From Ostreococcus lucimarinus (taxonomy: Eukaryota): a stretch of DNA of 64,000 bases. How positions within the stretch are numbered: the stretch's first letter is position 1; each line of letters begins with the position of its first letter. A program made the position numbers and the translations under genes. Where the stretch lies: assembly GCA_000092065.1 (NCBI GenBank), contig CP000591.1; one strand, written 5' to 3'. Positions 1-10,350 of this stretch are shown here, piece after piece. Under the pieces are notes generated by a model. It made no database searches. It was not told the origin of the DNA and was given only the letters and a program-made list of their open reading frames with translations.

Positions 1-146
1 ACAACACGTGCAGAATTTGCAAGCAAGAGGGACACTTCGCCAGAGAGTGCCCGAACAAGGACACCGCGGCGGCAGCGAACATGGATGCGGACCTTGATAA
101 CTACATGAAGGAGGGCGCGGAGAAGAAGGAAAGCGGCGAGGCGTAA
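1..146 (+). CDS. 3' end of a CCHC zinc-knuckle protein (partial; start lies upstream of the window)
   Basis: Frame 3 translates ...NTCRICKQEGHFARECPNKDTAAAANMDADLDNYMKEGAEKKESGEA* with stop TAA at 144-146. CRICKQEGHFAREC is a CX2CX4HX4C zinc knuckle. Confidence 0.45.
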   Translation, partial: NTCRICKQEGHFARECPNKDTAAAANMDADLDNYMKEGAEKKESGEA

Positions 147-395
147 TATATCGAACGCGCGCTCCTCGCGACGCTTCTTCAATAAATCCGACGCCGCGGT
201 CGTTCGCCGCGCCGTCTCCATCACCACGAACCAGACGACGATGAAACGACACGATTACGCGTCGAACTCATCGTCTCGTCCCGGCGCGTGTGTTTCACCA
301 TCACATACCACGTAGTGTTGTCTTTGTAATGGCCTTCTAAAAATCAATCTCACAAACCCGTCTCGGAGCGCGCCACGACTCGCCTCTCCTGAATC

Positions 396-2138
396 ATGTC
401 GAAAAAGTTCTTGAACGCCCCCGACGACGTCGTGAGCGAAATGCTCGACGGCGTGTGCCTCGCCACGCCCTCGATCGCGCGCATCGCCGATCAGAACGTG
501 CTCGTGCACGTTCGCGAGGGCGAGGACAAGGTGGTTGTGATTTCAGGCGGCGGAAGCGGCCACGAACCAGCCATGGCGGGGTATCTCGGTCGAGGCATGC
601 TCGACGCCGCGGTGTGTGGGAACGTCTACGCCAGCCCGAGCGTGGAGGCGGTGCTGAGCGCGATTCGCGCGACGACGACCGACGCGGGGGCGGCGCTCGT
701 GGTGATGAACTACACCGGGGACAGATTAAACTTTGGATTGGCCGCCGAACGCGCGAAACTCGAAGGTTTCGACGTGGAGATGGTGATCGTGAATGACGAT
801 TGCGCGCTGGCGAGCGATCGAGTCGGGATCGCCGGCAGGCGCGGGCTTGCGGGGACGCTCTTCGCGCATAAAGTCGCCGGCGCGGCGGCGGACGCCGGTA
901 AGTCTCTGAAGGAAGTGTGCGCGGAAGCGAGGGCGTGCGTCGAGGCCACGGGGACGATGGGGGTAGCGTTACAAGCGTGCACGCTTCCGGGATCGTCTGG
1001 CGTCGCGAGAGAGATTGCGGAAGGGACGATGGAGCTCGGACTCGGGATTCACGGCGAACCGGGAGCGCACACGGCTAAGACGACGAGCGCCGATGAAGTC
1101 GTAGAGACGCTCATGACGAGTATTTTCGCGCAGAATGAAAAGATTGGGAAACTGAGCGAAGGTTCAAACGTAGCGCTCATGGTGAACTCGCTCGGGGCGA
1201 CACCGTTGATGGAGTTGTACGTCGCCGCCCGCGCCGCGTTCTCGTGGCTTGCGGGCGTGAAGAAAATAAACGTCACGCACGCATACGTCGGCACGTTCAT
1301 GAGTGCGATCGATATGAACGGTTTTAGCGTCACCGTATGTGCGCTCGATGATGACACTAGAGTGCAGCGCCTCGAGGCGCCGTGTTCATGCTCCGCGTGG
1401 CCGAAGACGGCAAAACTCACTCCTGCGAAGCTCTTGTCGGTGTCAGCGCCGGCTTCCGATAGAAACGAAACCATCGCGAGCGGGCCACCGACGACTCCCG
1501 AGGGTGTCATGGCGTTGAAAGCTATCAAGCGCGTCGCAAAGGATCTCATCGCAGTGGAGGATACTCTCACAAAGTACGACACCGCGGTCGGCGACGGCGA
1601 TTGCGGCACCACGATTCGCAAGGGCGCTGAGGCTTTAATGAAAGCTGCGGATACTTACCCGATTGACGATGTCTCGGCGCTTATGCGTGCTATCGGGGAC
1701 ACAATCCGTCAGAACATGGGCGGTACGAGCGGCGTATTGTACGATATCTTTTTCACCGCCGCGGCGGATAAACTCGCAAAGGTTGCCAAGGGCAAAGCGC
1801 CGAGCGTCGACATCGTCCTTCTTGCGTTCTCAACGGGCGTGCAGGCGATGTGCCAGTACGGTGGCGCTCGCGCTGGTGATCGCACGATGCTAGACGCGCT
1901 CGTTCCTGCGTTAACAATGGCGACGACGACGTATATGTCGAAAAAGTCTGTCATCGAAGTTGCGTCCGAAGCCGCAAAGGCGGCTGCGAACGGCGCCGAA
2001 GACACAAAGAGCATGAAGGCAAACGCCGGACGTTCAAGCTATGTCAACCAAGACGTGTTGAAGGAAACACCTGACCCCGGTGCAGTCGCGGCGGCGACGT
2101 GGATTAACGCAATCTTTGCTGCAGTGTCTGAAAGTTGA
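396..2138 (+). CDS. DAK: Dihydroxyacetone kinase / triokinase (fused DhaK + DhaL domains)
   Basis: 580-aa ORF. N-terminal Dak1 motifs (VVISGGGSGHEPAMAGYLGRGML, GDRLNFGLAAERAK, LGIHGEPG) and a C-terminal Dak2 region (DTAVGDGDCGTT, GGTSGVLYDIFF). Length is typical of eukaryotic two-domain DAK. Confidence 0.9.
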   Translation: MSKKFLNAPDDVVSEMLDGVCLATPSIARIADQNVLVHVREGEDKVVVISGGGSGHEPAMAGYLGRGMLDAAVCGNVYASPSVEAVLSAIRATTTDAGAALVVMNYTGDRLNFGLAAERAKLEGFDVEMVIVNDDCALASDRVGIAGRRGLAGTLFAHKVAGAAADAGKSLKEVCAEARACVEATGTMGVALQACTLPGSSGVAREIAEGTMELGLGIHGEPGAHTAKTTSADEVVETLMTSIFAQNEKIGKLSEGSNVALMVNSLGATPLMELYVAARAAFSWLAGVKKINVTHAYVGTFMSAIDMNGFSVTVCALDDDTRVQRLEAPCSCSAWPKTAKLTPAKLLSVSAPASDRNETIASGPPTTPEGVMALKAIKRVAKDLIAVEDTLTKYDTAVGDGDCGTTIRKGAEALMKAADTYPIDDVSALMRAIGDTIRQNMGGTSGVLYDIFFTAAADKLAKVAKGKAPSVDIVLLAFSTGVQAMCQYGGARAGDRTMLDALVPALTMATTTYMSKKSVIEVASEAAKAAANGAEDTKSMKANAGRSSYVNQDVLKETPDPGAVAAATWINAIFAAVSES

Positions 2139-2167
2139 TTTAATGCTACGTAATGCTATTTCTAAAG

Positions 2168-5100
2168 TCACTCTGGAGGTCGCGGCGCGCGGCGAAATTC
2201 TCGCGGAACCTTCGTCGTGCCGTACCTAGGAGCTGTGAACGTTGGTCGCTCATTGAGCGCTGCAATGTTTGAACTCACGACTACTTCGCTTGCCTCGTTA
2301 TTTGCGCTTTCTATCGACCGTTGACGTCGGAAGTTTTCTCCACCGTACCAACGATCGGAAGCCGCCTCTCGTTTAGCGAGTCGATCGGCATGGAGCGCAC
2401 TTCTCGCCCTGCGCTGTCGTTCGAGTCTTTCCGTCGGTGGTGGTGGCGGCGGATGACGCACAATCTTCGGAGTCGCCTGATCCGGGACCCTCTTAAATCC
2501 TGTGGTGCCTTTCACCATCGTCATACGACCTCCGATGGGTGGGGCCGGCCCCTTGCTCGGATCGGAATCGCGTTCGATTTCTACTCTACCGCCTCGCGTT
2601 GACTTTGCCTGGCGGTGCGAGTTTCCTGAATGTTCCCTTTCCTTCATTTTACGCCAGAACTCGTTCAATCGAAGCTTGGATATCGTCTCATCCTTCTGGC
2701 GTTGCCTCTCGACAGAGCTGTGAATGATTGCACTCACGTTGTGCAGCGTCTCGCGCGAGGGGGCCGCGCCACGTACATCTCGCACATCGCTACTTTCGTC
2801 GTAAAGCGTGATTGCCGTGAGAGCTGAATCGTCCGACAATAGCGCTCGCATATCACTTATGCCGCGCTCGGCCGCCGCGCGAACGCCGGCGTTGTCGTCG
2901 GTGTTTACGATTTTCAAGAGCACGGCGATAAGCTTGTCGGTGTCTTTTTGTAGCCCTTGTACTTTGATATCGCCGTATAGACGCCGATACATCGTCTTTG
3001 ACATCAACGCTCCCCCGGGCATTTTGCGCTTTGCCGCGTCCACGAACCTCTCGAATGCAGCATCCGTGTACGACCCCGTTACGGGTACCTCAAAGTCATA
3101 AAAATTGCCCTCGGTTCCCCATACGAAGAGAGTAATCAAATCCACCAAGGCGTGTATCGAGAGTTCACGCGTCTCAGCTTCATCGTCGATCAGCATACCG
3201 TACAACGCATCGTGCACAAACTGCGCCGCCGACATAGAAATGAAAGCTTTGTAAGATTTTTTTGATACCTCGCCTTCGTCAGATTTTGTATTCATCACTC
3301 GGTAAACTGCGCTCATCTCCAGTTTAATCGATTGATGAAGAAGCTCGATGGCGTGAATTTTCTCTCGTTCTTTACCGGGCTCCATACTAACGATCAAGTG
3401 AGAGAGAGCGCTCAAAAACTCAGATCTGCACGCATCTGCGTTCGTCAGCGCGTAAAGGATTTCAGAGACAAACGTCTCCTTGGACGATCCAGCGTGCGCT
3501 TCCATACATTCAAAGAGAACTTTCAATCCATCGACGGCAAACACGCTCGGTCCCGCGTCACCAACTCGAACTAAAGTCGCGAGAGTCCGAATGGAATAGA
3601 ATGATATCTGCTTGTCCGTGCTTAGTGAGGCGTCGAGCAGCGTCTTCATGAAATCATGCGCGAGCTCAAGTCTTTCTTCATCCGCCTCGTTTTGCAACCT
3701 CCCGACGGCGGCATAATAACCCAGAGAACTGAACCAATTCAATTCAGGTCTATTCTTCGCTTTGACTTCTTGACGTAGCCAGCTACGCGCGACGTAAGTC
3801 ACGCGCTCAGCCTTGTCTAGTCTGCGGACCTCATCCGTGTCCGGATCCCTCACGTGCGTAATGGCTTGAGTGAGCTTTTTCGCAATCGGTCTCGGTGGAA
3901 TCTCGAACGCATCGTCAATTATTTGACGAAACATTCTCGCAGATACGACGTAATCTTCGCCATACATATCCAAATCAATGTCATGAGCTTTAAACAAGAG
4001 CGTCGACATGAGGTTTGCGAAGTCAAAAGACTGAATGCACTCCATCGATACCGTCGCCACGGTCGCTTGAAACGTTTTACTCTCCCCACCCTTGATGCAG
4101 TCTTTAACCGTGGAGACAATCGATTTGACCGCCTCCCATGTCGACGCTGGACTATCATCGTCGCACCAAAGTGCGATCTCTACCGTTCCCTGGACATACG
4201 CATGTATCACGCTTCTGATGAATCCTTCGCCGGCTACTTGGAGAAATTCTTGGTCTGGATCATCGATGATACAATGCATGATGATACCGAGCTCCTCAAA
4301 AGCGTCACTAGCTGTATCCCACGCGTCTCCAACGTCTTCATTCTCGCCGTCTTTCGTCTGCGAGGCCCTTGGCATGTTCGTCTTCTTCACCAAGGGAGAG
4401 AGCAATTGAGTGCGTTGCTCTGTGCTGAGAAGGTTATAAAACGCCACGAGCGCGACGACGCGATCTCTTCTATTCTCTGCCTCAACTTGTTCTTTGATAA
4501 ACTCCGGCGTCATGATCTTCTCAACCTTTTCCACTTGCTCTGGATCGCTCAATTTTTCAAGCTCTGAGCGAATGCACTTGTGATCTCCAAGACTATGATT
4601 GAAGACACGCACCATCACCATCGCGATCAACGTCATGATGATGCCAATCACAACTCCCGGGCGCGTCCAGTTTGAACCACCCGTGTGTGGAACTAAGCCA
4701 TGAGACATCCAAGGTGGATTATTGAAAATTCTCGAGAAATAGGTGACGACGGCGAACATAAACGCGCCACCGAAAGCACCAGCTCTCGATTCATTCCGCT
4801 TTTGCCCGAACCCGCGCAAAGACTGAATATTCATGTGCGCCACGAGTAAAACGAGGCAGACTACTACTGGCATGATATTTCGCAACGAGTTCAGACTTTC
4901 GAGTCGCGCCACGGAATCAAGTGCAGGGACGCCATGACCCGGAAGTTCACCTTCCATGTACGCCGCGATCGTAGCCAAGGAGACCTTCAAAAAGATGCTT
5001 AACATCTCAAAAATTGGGACGGGGCGTAAGTTGGGTTCAAGCGTCTCCGATACCACAGCCATCTTCATCGATACTGCAATCGCGCCGAGGCCAACGAAGA

Positions 5101-7006
5101 GTGAAATCATCAAGTTATCGCCGAAACTCGCGCTGGGGTCCTTCGACACGTGAATCCAAGGCGTCGGTGTGAACGACGTCGTCACCATGAGAAAGCCGAG
5201 CGAAGCAAAAACCATCGGAACGAGAGCGACTCGCAGGATTAACACGCGAAGTACGAACCCGACAGCTTTCACACGGTCTCTAAAGTCGCCCACGCGTTTC
5301 GAGTATGTCCTGCGCCTCAACGCGTACTCCGCCATGAGCTCCATTCTCTCAGCAGCTTCGCGAGGTATCAAGCGCAAATTGAGCGGCGAAGTCGTCTCCA
5401 AGCGCACGGTTCGGAGTATAGCTTCATCGCTACCGTTCTCCCACGCGACGTCGGGAACAACTTTGAAACGCTGTTTTTCGCGATCGCGCACTGGAGTGAA
5501 ATCATCTCGCATCGCAACTGGTTGAAGAAGAACACGTCGCATCGTCTTGCTCATCATCGCGTGCACTTTGGCCAACTTGTTCACTTGCACAGTCTCTTCG
5601 TCGACTTGCGCACCGCCACCTGATTCGGCGTCTGGGTCGTCCGAGTATTGCGTTAATGTTTTATCGCCGCCAAGCTCTACGTACTCCGCGAATGCCCACA
5701 TGCATTGATCAAAATGGTCTCGGACACGTCCACAAAACTTGACGACTACAGGGCAAATGACAACGCCGAACAAAAGCACGACGAACCAGTTCGTGAGCTC
5801 CGTCTTGGCACCACGCTCCGTCATATCCGGGCCGAATAAACCAGGGTAGAAGAACACGTCCGCTATCGCATCGCGATACATTTCGTTTGAATGACTCGAG
5901 CGGCGCCATGCAAACGCCGTAAATGCAAAGAACTCGATGTACAGCTGGAATCGAAGAAGATTGTGGCTCCAATACTCCTTGTCCAAGACCTTGGCCAACT
6001 TGTAACGAAACATTAGTGCAAACGTAGCGCTCCTTAGTCGCACGGTGTACTTCACCCACGCCATAAGTTTCGATGCGGTCGCGACAAGTTGCTCGCCAAC
6101 CATACTTCGACGCCGCTCGGCGCGCTCCGTTGCGTACAAATTCTTCTGAAACTGTTCCTCAGCTTCGTTCCACAGTCCCGCCTCTTTGGCCGCTCGTTCT
6201 CGCGCCGACTTTTTCTTGTCGACGAGTATATTTTTCAAATCTCGATCTAAATCAATCTTCGTGACGTACGTGATGTGCTCGCTCTTAATCTCCTGCGTCA
6301 ATTCATCCAGCTCTCGCTTGTACTCGTCATCCAACTCTGCGTCGGCTTCACCGCTCCCAATCATCTTATAAGACGCCCCGACGTCTAAAATAACGTTTCT
6401 CTTATCCTCGAAATCGGAAGATTCAAGATTTCGACCGAACGAGTACGCACAAAACGCGGCGAACGCGATGAACGCCGCCGCCACAGCGGTATTCGTCGAC
6501 GTCTCGCAAGTCCACGAAACCTCCACCTCGAGCGTCTGACTCGCGTAACAACCGTTCGTATCCACCAATGCTGCAGAATACTTCCCCTCGACGTCCGGTC
6601 GCAGCGTCGCCCGCGCGCTTCCATCGACGTCAAACGTCGCGTTCGCGAACGACGTCGCGTTCGTCAGCGCGCTCGTCGCCGGCCACGACATCAGCACCCA
6701 CCGCCGCGTCGCATCACTCGCGCTCTCGAACACGTAATCATCAAAGCATCGTTTCTTAGTCGCGTCCAGCGTCGTGGCGTCGTAGGGATCGCCACCGCGA
6801 CCGGCGATTTCGAGCGTCGTCGCCTTGGCGCCGTCGTCCGCGCGCGCCGTCACCGCCGCCATCGACGCGCTCGACACCGAGCACTGCGGCAGCGCGTCCA
6901 CCGCGCGCGCGAGCGCGAGCGCACCGATCACCGCGAGCGTCAACGCTCGCGCGGCGCCGTTCGCGCGCGCGCGCGTTCGCCGCGCGCCTCGTCGTCCCCG
7001 CGGCAT
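2168..7006 (-). CDS. Large (~1600 aa) multi-pass membrane protein of unknown family: signal peptide, Cys-containing ectodomain, coiled-coil linker, >10 predicted TM helices, long helical-repeat-like cytoplasmic tail
   Basis: Continuous 1915-codon ORF. Chosen start MPRGRRGARRTRARANGAARALTLAVIGALALARAVDA|LPQ (signal-peptide-like; ATG reverse-complement at 7004-7006, in frame). Hydrophobic stretches such as FVVLLFGVVICPVVV, VLILRVALVPMVFASLGFLMV, IMPVVVCLVLLVAHM, VVIGIIMTLIAMVMV. I recognise no named family. GC content (~50%) is much lower than the flanks. Confidence 0.6.
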   Translation of the reverse strand: MPRGRRGARRTRARANGAARALTLAVIGALALARAVDALPQCSVSSASMAAVTARADDGAKATTLEIAGRGGDPYDATTLDATKKRCFDDYVFESASDATRRWVLMSWPATSALTNATSFANATFDVDGSARATLRPDVEGKYSAALVDTNGCYASQTLEVEVSWTCETSTNTAVAAAFIAFAAFCAYSFGRNLESSDFEDKRNVILDVGASYKMIGSGEADAELDDEYKRELDELTQEIKSEHITYVTKIDLDRDLKNILVDKKKSARERAAKEAGLWNEAEEQFQKNLYATERAERRRSMVGEQLVATASKLMAWVKYTVRLRSATFALMFRYKLAKVLDKEYWSHNLLRFQLYIEFFAFTAFAWRRSSHSNEMYRDAIADVFFYPGLFGPDMTERGAKTELTNWFVVLLFGVVICPVVVKFCGRVRDHFDQCMWAFAEYVELGGDKTLTQYSDDPDAESGGGAQVDEETVQVNKLAKVHAMMSKTMRRVLLQPVAMRDDFTPVRDREKQRFKVVPDVAWENGSDEAILRTVRLETTSPLNLRLIPREAAERMELMAEYALRRRTYSKRVGDFRDRVKAVGFVLRVLILRVALVPMVFASLGFLMVTTSFTPTPWIHVSKDPSASFGDNLMISLFVGLGAIAVSMKMAVVSETLEPNLRPVPIFEMLSIFLKVSLATIAAYMEGELPGHGVPALDSVARLESLNSLRNIMPVVVCLVLLVAHMNIQSLRGFGQKRNESRAGAFGGAFMFAVVTYFSRIFNNPPWMSHGLVPHTGGSNWTRPGVVIGIIMTLIAMVMVRVFNHSLGDHKCIRSELEKLSDPEQVEKVEKIMTPEFIKEQVEAENRRDRVVALVAFYNLLSTEQRTQLLSPLVKKTNMPRASQTKDGENEDVGDAWDTASDAFEELGIIMHCIIDDPDQEFLQVAGEGFIRSVIHAYVQGTVEIALWCDDDSPASTWEAVKSIVSTVKDCIKGGESKTFQATVATVSMECIQSFDFANLMSTLLFKAHDIDLDMYGEDYVVSARMFRQIIDDAFEIPPRPIAKKLTQAITHVRDPDTDEVRRLDKAERVTYVARSWLRQEVKAKNRPELNWFSSLGYYAAVGRLQNEADEERLELAHDFMKTLLDASLSTDKQISFYSIRTLATLVRVGDAGPSVFAVDGLKVLFECMEAHAGSSKETFVSEILYALTNADACRSEFLSALSHLIVSMEPGKEREKIHAIELLHQSIKLEMSAVYRVMNTKSDEGEVSKKSYKAFISMSAAQFVHDALYGMLIDDEAETRELSIHALVDLITLFVWGTEGNFYDFEVPVTGSYTDAAFERFVDAAKRKMPGGALMSKTMYRRLYGDIKVQGLQKDTDKLIAVLLKIVNTDDNAGVRAAAERGISDMRALLSDDSALTAITLYDESSDVRDVRGAAPSRETLHNVSAIIHSSVERQRQKDETISKLRLNEFWRKMKEREHSGNSHRQAKSTRGGRVEIERDSDPSKGPAPPIGGRMTMVKGTTGFKRVPDQATPKIVRHPPPPPPTERLERQRRARSALHADRLAKREAASDRWYGGENFRRQRSIESANNEASEVVVSSNIAALNERPTFTAPRYGTTKVPREFRRAPRPPE

Positions 7007-7319
7007 GGATTCGCTCGCCTCGGACGCGCGCGCGCGCGCCCGCGCGCTCGCGCGCCCGCGCGCGCCGCCCGCGCGCGCGGCGCCGAGCGATGACATCGCG
7101 CTACGCCTCGCGCATGCTCGCGAGACGACGGATCGCGGGCGACGCCGTGCGTCGCGGTTTACCGTCGCGCTGCAAACGGTCGATGACTCCGTCAGAACGC
7201 GACGACGACGAAGACGACGACGAAGACGACGAAGACGCGCGCGCGCGCGCGACGGAGGCGCGGCGAAACGCGCGTCGGCGTCGCGACGACTGCGCGGCGC
7301 GAACGCGCGCGTGACGGCG

Positions 7320-10304
7320 ATGGACGACGTTGCGAATGATTCCGGGCACCGTCTCGGAACGCGCGACGGCGGCGACGACGACGACGACGACGCGGAAGAG
7401 GACGGCGCGCGGTTGACGAGCGAACCTTCGACGTCGGGCGCGTCGCTGAGATACGCCACCGCGCGCGACGTGCCGTTTCGAAAGCTGTGCGGCGCGTTCG
7501 AGGCGTTGCAGAACGAACGCGGTCGGTCCAAGGCGACGAGCGCGCGGCGGTATCGAGTGCTCGATACACTGCACGATCGATGTCTCGTGAGCGCGCGCGA
7601 TGGAACCCGCGTCGACGCGTTCGACGCGTATCGGTTGATACTGCCGGCGTTGGACAAGGAACGAGGGGCGTATTTCTTGAAACACGACGCGTTGGCCAAG
7701 GTGGTGGTGTCGGCGTTCGACATGTCTCGAGCGAGCGAGGACGCGAAAAAGTTGGAGGATTGGAAACGAAAGGGTGGCGGTAACTTTCCGCAAGTTGTTC
7801 GAGACGTTTTGGCGGGTGGACATCTCGCGGATCGTGAGAAAGATGAAGACGCGCGCACGTTGACCATCGGAGACGTGAACGAGGCGTTGGACGCATTGGC
7901 GGCGTGCGATAACAAGGATCAGCGCGCGTCGACGCTGCGGGCGCTGTTTTCAAAGATGGATGCGACGCAAGTGAAATGGACGTGCGCAATCATATTAAAG
8001 GAAACAAAAATTTCAATGGGAGAGAAGGCGATATTGCGTCATTATCACTCCGAAGCGAATGACTTGTGGGATTGGACTAGCGATTTGCGAAGAGTTTGTG
8101 AAGACTTACCGCGGCGAGACTTCCGGATGAAGCGCGAGGACATCGATGTGGGCGTAGGTTTAATTAATCCTCAGATGGCGAGAAGGCAAAACAGCATCGA
8201 TGCCGTGTACCGCGCGTTGAAAGGTACGCAGTTTGTCATCGAAACCAAATTCGACGGCGAGCGCATTCAAATTCACAAAGACGGCGACATCATCAACTAC
8301 TGGACGAGAAACATGAACGATTTTGGCCCTCGTGGCTACGATGTGATGAATGCTCTCTTTCGTCATTTGCCAAAGCGATGCATTCTCGACGGCGAACTCA
8401 TGGTTTGGAACAAGCTTCGCGATCAGTCGTACCCGTTCGGCGCGTTGAAGAATCTCATCAAGGCTGCAAATATGCGCAAGGCCAAGGATGAATTGTTTCC
8501 ACTCAAGGCACACCTCGAAAACCGTGATGGTGGTGATAGCGACGGTGAGGAGGATCTCATGAGCTCCAAGTATGCGTGGTACGCCGAGAACGTAAAGAAA
8601 CTCACGTATGGAGACTTGGAATTGGTCTACGTTCCGTTTGATATATTGTATGCCGTCGATCGAAGTGTGAAGACTCATAAGCTGAGAGAGCGGCATGAAC
8701 TTTTGAAAGAGCATGTGCGTGAAGTATCAGTCATGTGTGGGAATATTCGTGCTAGAATTCTTCTCGCGACGCCCGATTGCGCGTTCTCACGTGTAGGCTC
8801 AACGAAGGAGGATATCGAGCGCGCGCTGTTAGAAGCGATGGATAACGGAGAGGAGGGATTGGTAATCAAAGATCTCGACGGTCCATGGATACCAGGTGAT
8901 CGTAGCAATAACTGGATGAAAATCAAACCAGACTACTTATCGAGTGAAGATTTGGACGTCGTTCTCATCGGCGGCTATTACGGCGCCGGTGAGTTGCGCG
9001 GGGGCAAAATTTCGCAGTTCCTCTGTGGCATTGTGGAGGCAACGAACGATCCGATTAGCACCGCTTCAGATGGAGTCAAAATCATGAGCTTTTGCAAGGT
9101 AGGTACTGGTATCAGCGCCATGCAGCTCGACGATTTGAGAAGTCGGCTAGGCGACTTCATGCACAGAGAAAAGCCTCAAGACATGAACTACAACGTCACG
9201 GATGCTTACAACGAAAAGCCGGACGTTTGGATCTGGCCTCCTCAGCGATCATTGGTTGTGACGGTGAAAGGTGACATTCGTGCGATTCGCACGACAACTT
9301 TCGCAACTGGTTACAGCCTGCGTTTCCCCCGCGTCACCGGTATTCGATATGACAAAAAATGGTCCGACATCTTGACACTCTGCGATCTCTTAAAGACGAT
9401 TGAAGAGGAAGTACCGACATTGAAAGTGAATATCGACGATACACGAGGCGGTACGAATGCCCGAAAGCGTTCGCGCACGACGGGACCCGCGACGCTACTA
9501 CCTGCACATCTCATGCCGGTTGACGTTTCGGGCGTCGTGCAGGAATCTGAAATCTTCAAAAACATGCAAGTGCACATCGCGAACTGTGAAAGTCGAGAAC
9601 AAAAGCAGGAGCTGTTCAAAGCTGTCATCGCACGTAGTGGTACTACGAGTGAGTTGTGGCACAAGCATGTGACGCACAGCGTTGCGTTGAACCGCGACGG
9701 CTCAAAGTTCAGGACGGCGAGTCGGGAAGGCGATGTGTACACGATTGCCTGGCTCCAAGAGTGCATTCACGAAGGACGTGTGGTACCGCCGAAACCTCGA
9801 CATCGCTTACATCTCTCAGCGACGACGTGGTATGGTACGGATGCCATGGATCGATACGGAGATGATCATTTCTCGGACTGCAATTTGGCCGACGTACACG
9901 CGCTCGTGCATCAAGTTGGCGATCAAACTAAGCGTTGGAAAACTGCCGAAGTTCCAGCATTGGTGGAGCTCGATCGCGAGTATCCATCGGTGTGTGCTGA
10001 TGTGAAACTTTTGACGTTTAGGGGTTGTGTGTTCGAGATTGACGATTCTCTCGGCAAAGATGCGCGTGTTGATGAGCAGAGTAGTATGTTTCCAAGTGTG
10101 CTGGCGGGCGAACGTCGAAACGTCGAACAGATTCTTCGGATTTATGGTGGAAAGCTCGCACCTGAAGGCAGAATGGGGACACATATTGTGCGCATGTACG
10201 ATGACTCCGTTGTCTTTGAAGATATGGATGATGGAAGAAAGCAAGTTTCGCTCTCTTGGGTGAAACGTTGCATCGACCGGTCGACAACGGCTGATGTAGT
10301 CTAA
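7320..10304 (+). CDS. LIG4: DNA ligase IV (ATP-dependent, NHEJ) with C-terminal tandem BRCT domains
   Basis: Adenylation site ETKFDGERIQIHKDG (KxDG). Compare human LIG4 WLKIKPEY / LRFPRIEKIRDDKEW with WMKIKPDYLSS / LRFPRVTGIRYDKKW here. Two BRCT-like C-terminal modules (...YTIAWLQECIHEGRVVP... and ...VSLSWVKRCIDRS). The ORF begins at 6825, but its first 165 codons overlap the opposite-strand membrane-protein N-terminus, so start chosen at MDDVAND (ATG 7320, in frame). Confidence 0.9.
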   Translation: MDDVANDSGHRLGTRDGGDDDDDDAEEDGARLTSEPSTSGASLRYATARDVPFRKLCGAFEALQNERGRSKATSARRYRVLDTLHDRCLVSARDGTRVDAFDAYRLILPALDKERGAYFLKHDALAKVVVSAFDMSRASEDAKKLEDWKRKGGGNFPQVVRDVLAGGHLADREKDEDARTLTIGDVNEALDALAACDNKDQRASTLRALFSKMDATQVKWTCAIILKETKISMGEKAILRHYHSEANDLWDWTSDLRRVCEDLPRRDFRMKREDIDVGVGLINPQMARRQNSIDAVYRALKGTQFVIETKFDGERIQIHKDGDIINYWTRNMNDFGPRGYDVMNALFRHLPKRCILDGELMVWNKLRDQSYPFGALKNLIKAANMRKAKDELFPLKAHLENRDGGDSDGEEDLMSSKYAWYAENVKKLTYGDLELVYVPFDILYAVDRSVKTHKLRERHELLKEHVREVSVMCGNIRARILLATPDCAFSRVGSTKEDIERALLEAMDNGEEGLVIKDLDGPWIPGDRSNNWMKIKPDYLSSEDLDVVLIGGYYGAGELRGGKISQFLCGIVEATNDPISTASDGVKIMSFCKVGTGISAMQLDDLRSRLGDFMHREKPQDMNYNVTDAYNEKPDVWIWPPQRSLVVTVKGDIRAIRTTTFATGYSLRFPRVTGIRYDKKWSDILTLCDLLKTIEEEVPTLKVNIDDTRGGTNARKRSRTTGPATLLPAHLMPVDVSGVVQESEIFKNMQVHIANCESREQKQELFKAVIARSGTTSELWHKHVTHSVALNRDGSKFRTASREGDVYTIAWLQECIHEGRVVPPKPRHRLHLSATTWYGTDAMDRYGDDHFSDCNLADVHALVHQVGDQTKRWKTAEVPALVELDREYPSVCADVKLLTFRGCVFEIDDSLGKDARVDEQSSMFPSVLAGERRNVEQILRIYGGKLAPEGRMGTHIVRMYDDSVVFEDMDDGRKQVSLSWVKRCIDRSTTADVV

Positions 10305-10350
10305 ATTTAGCGGCTGGTGTTCGCGTCCCCTGAATGATTGACGCGATACG

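Noticed and set aside
6825-7319. First 165 codons of the LIG4 ORF, and antisense ORFs 7101-7823 (-) and 7192-7989 (-)
   Set aside because: This region is >75% GC and overlaps the signal-peptide-encoding 5' end of the minus-strand membrane protein. Ligase IV homology begins after the Met at 7320. The other ORFs are Arg/Pro/Ser low-complexity.
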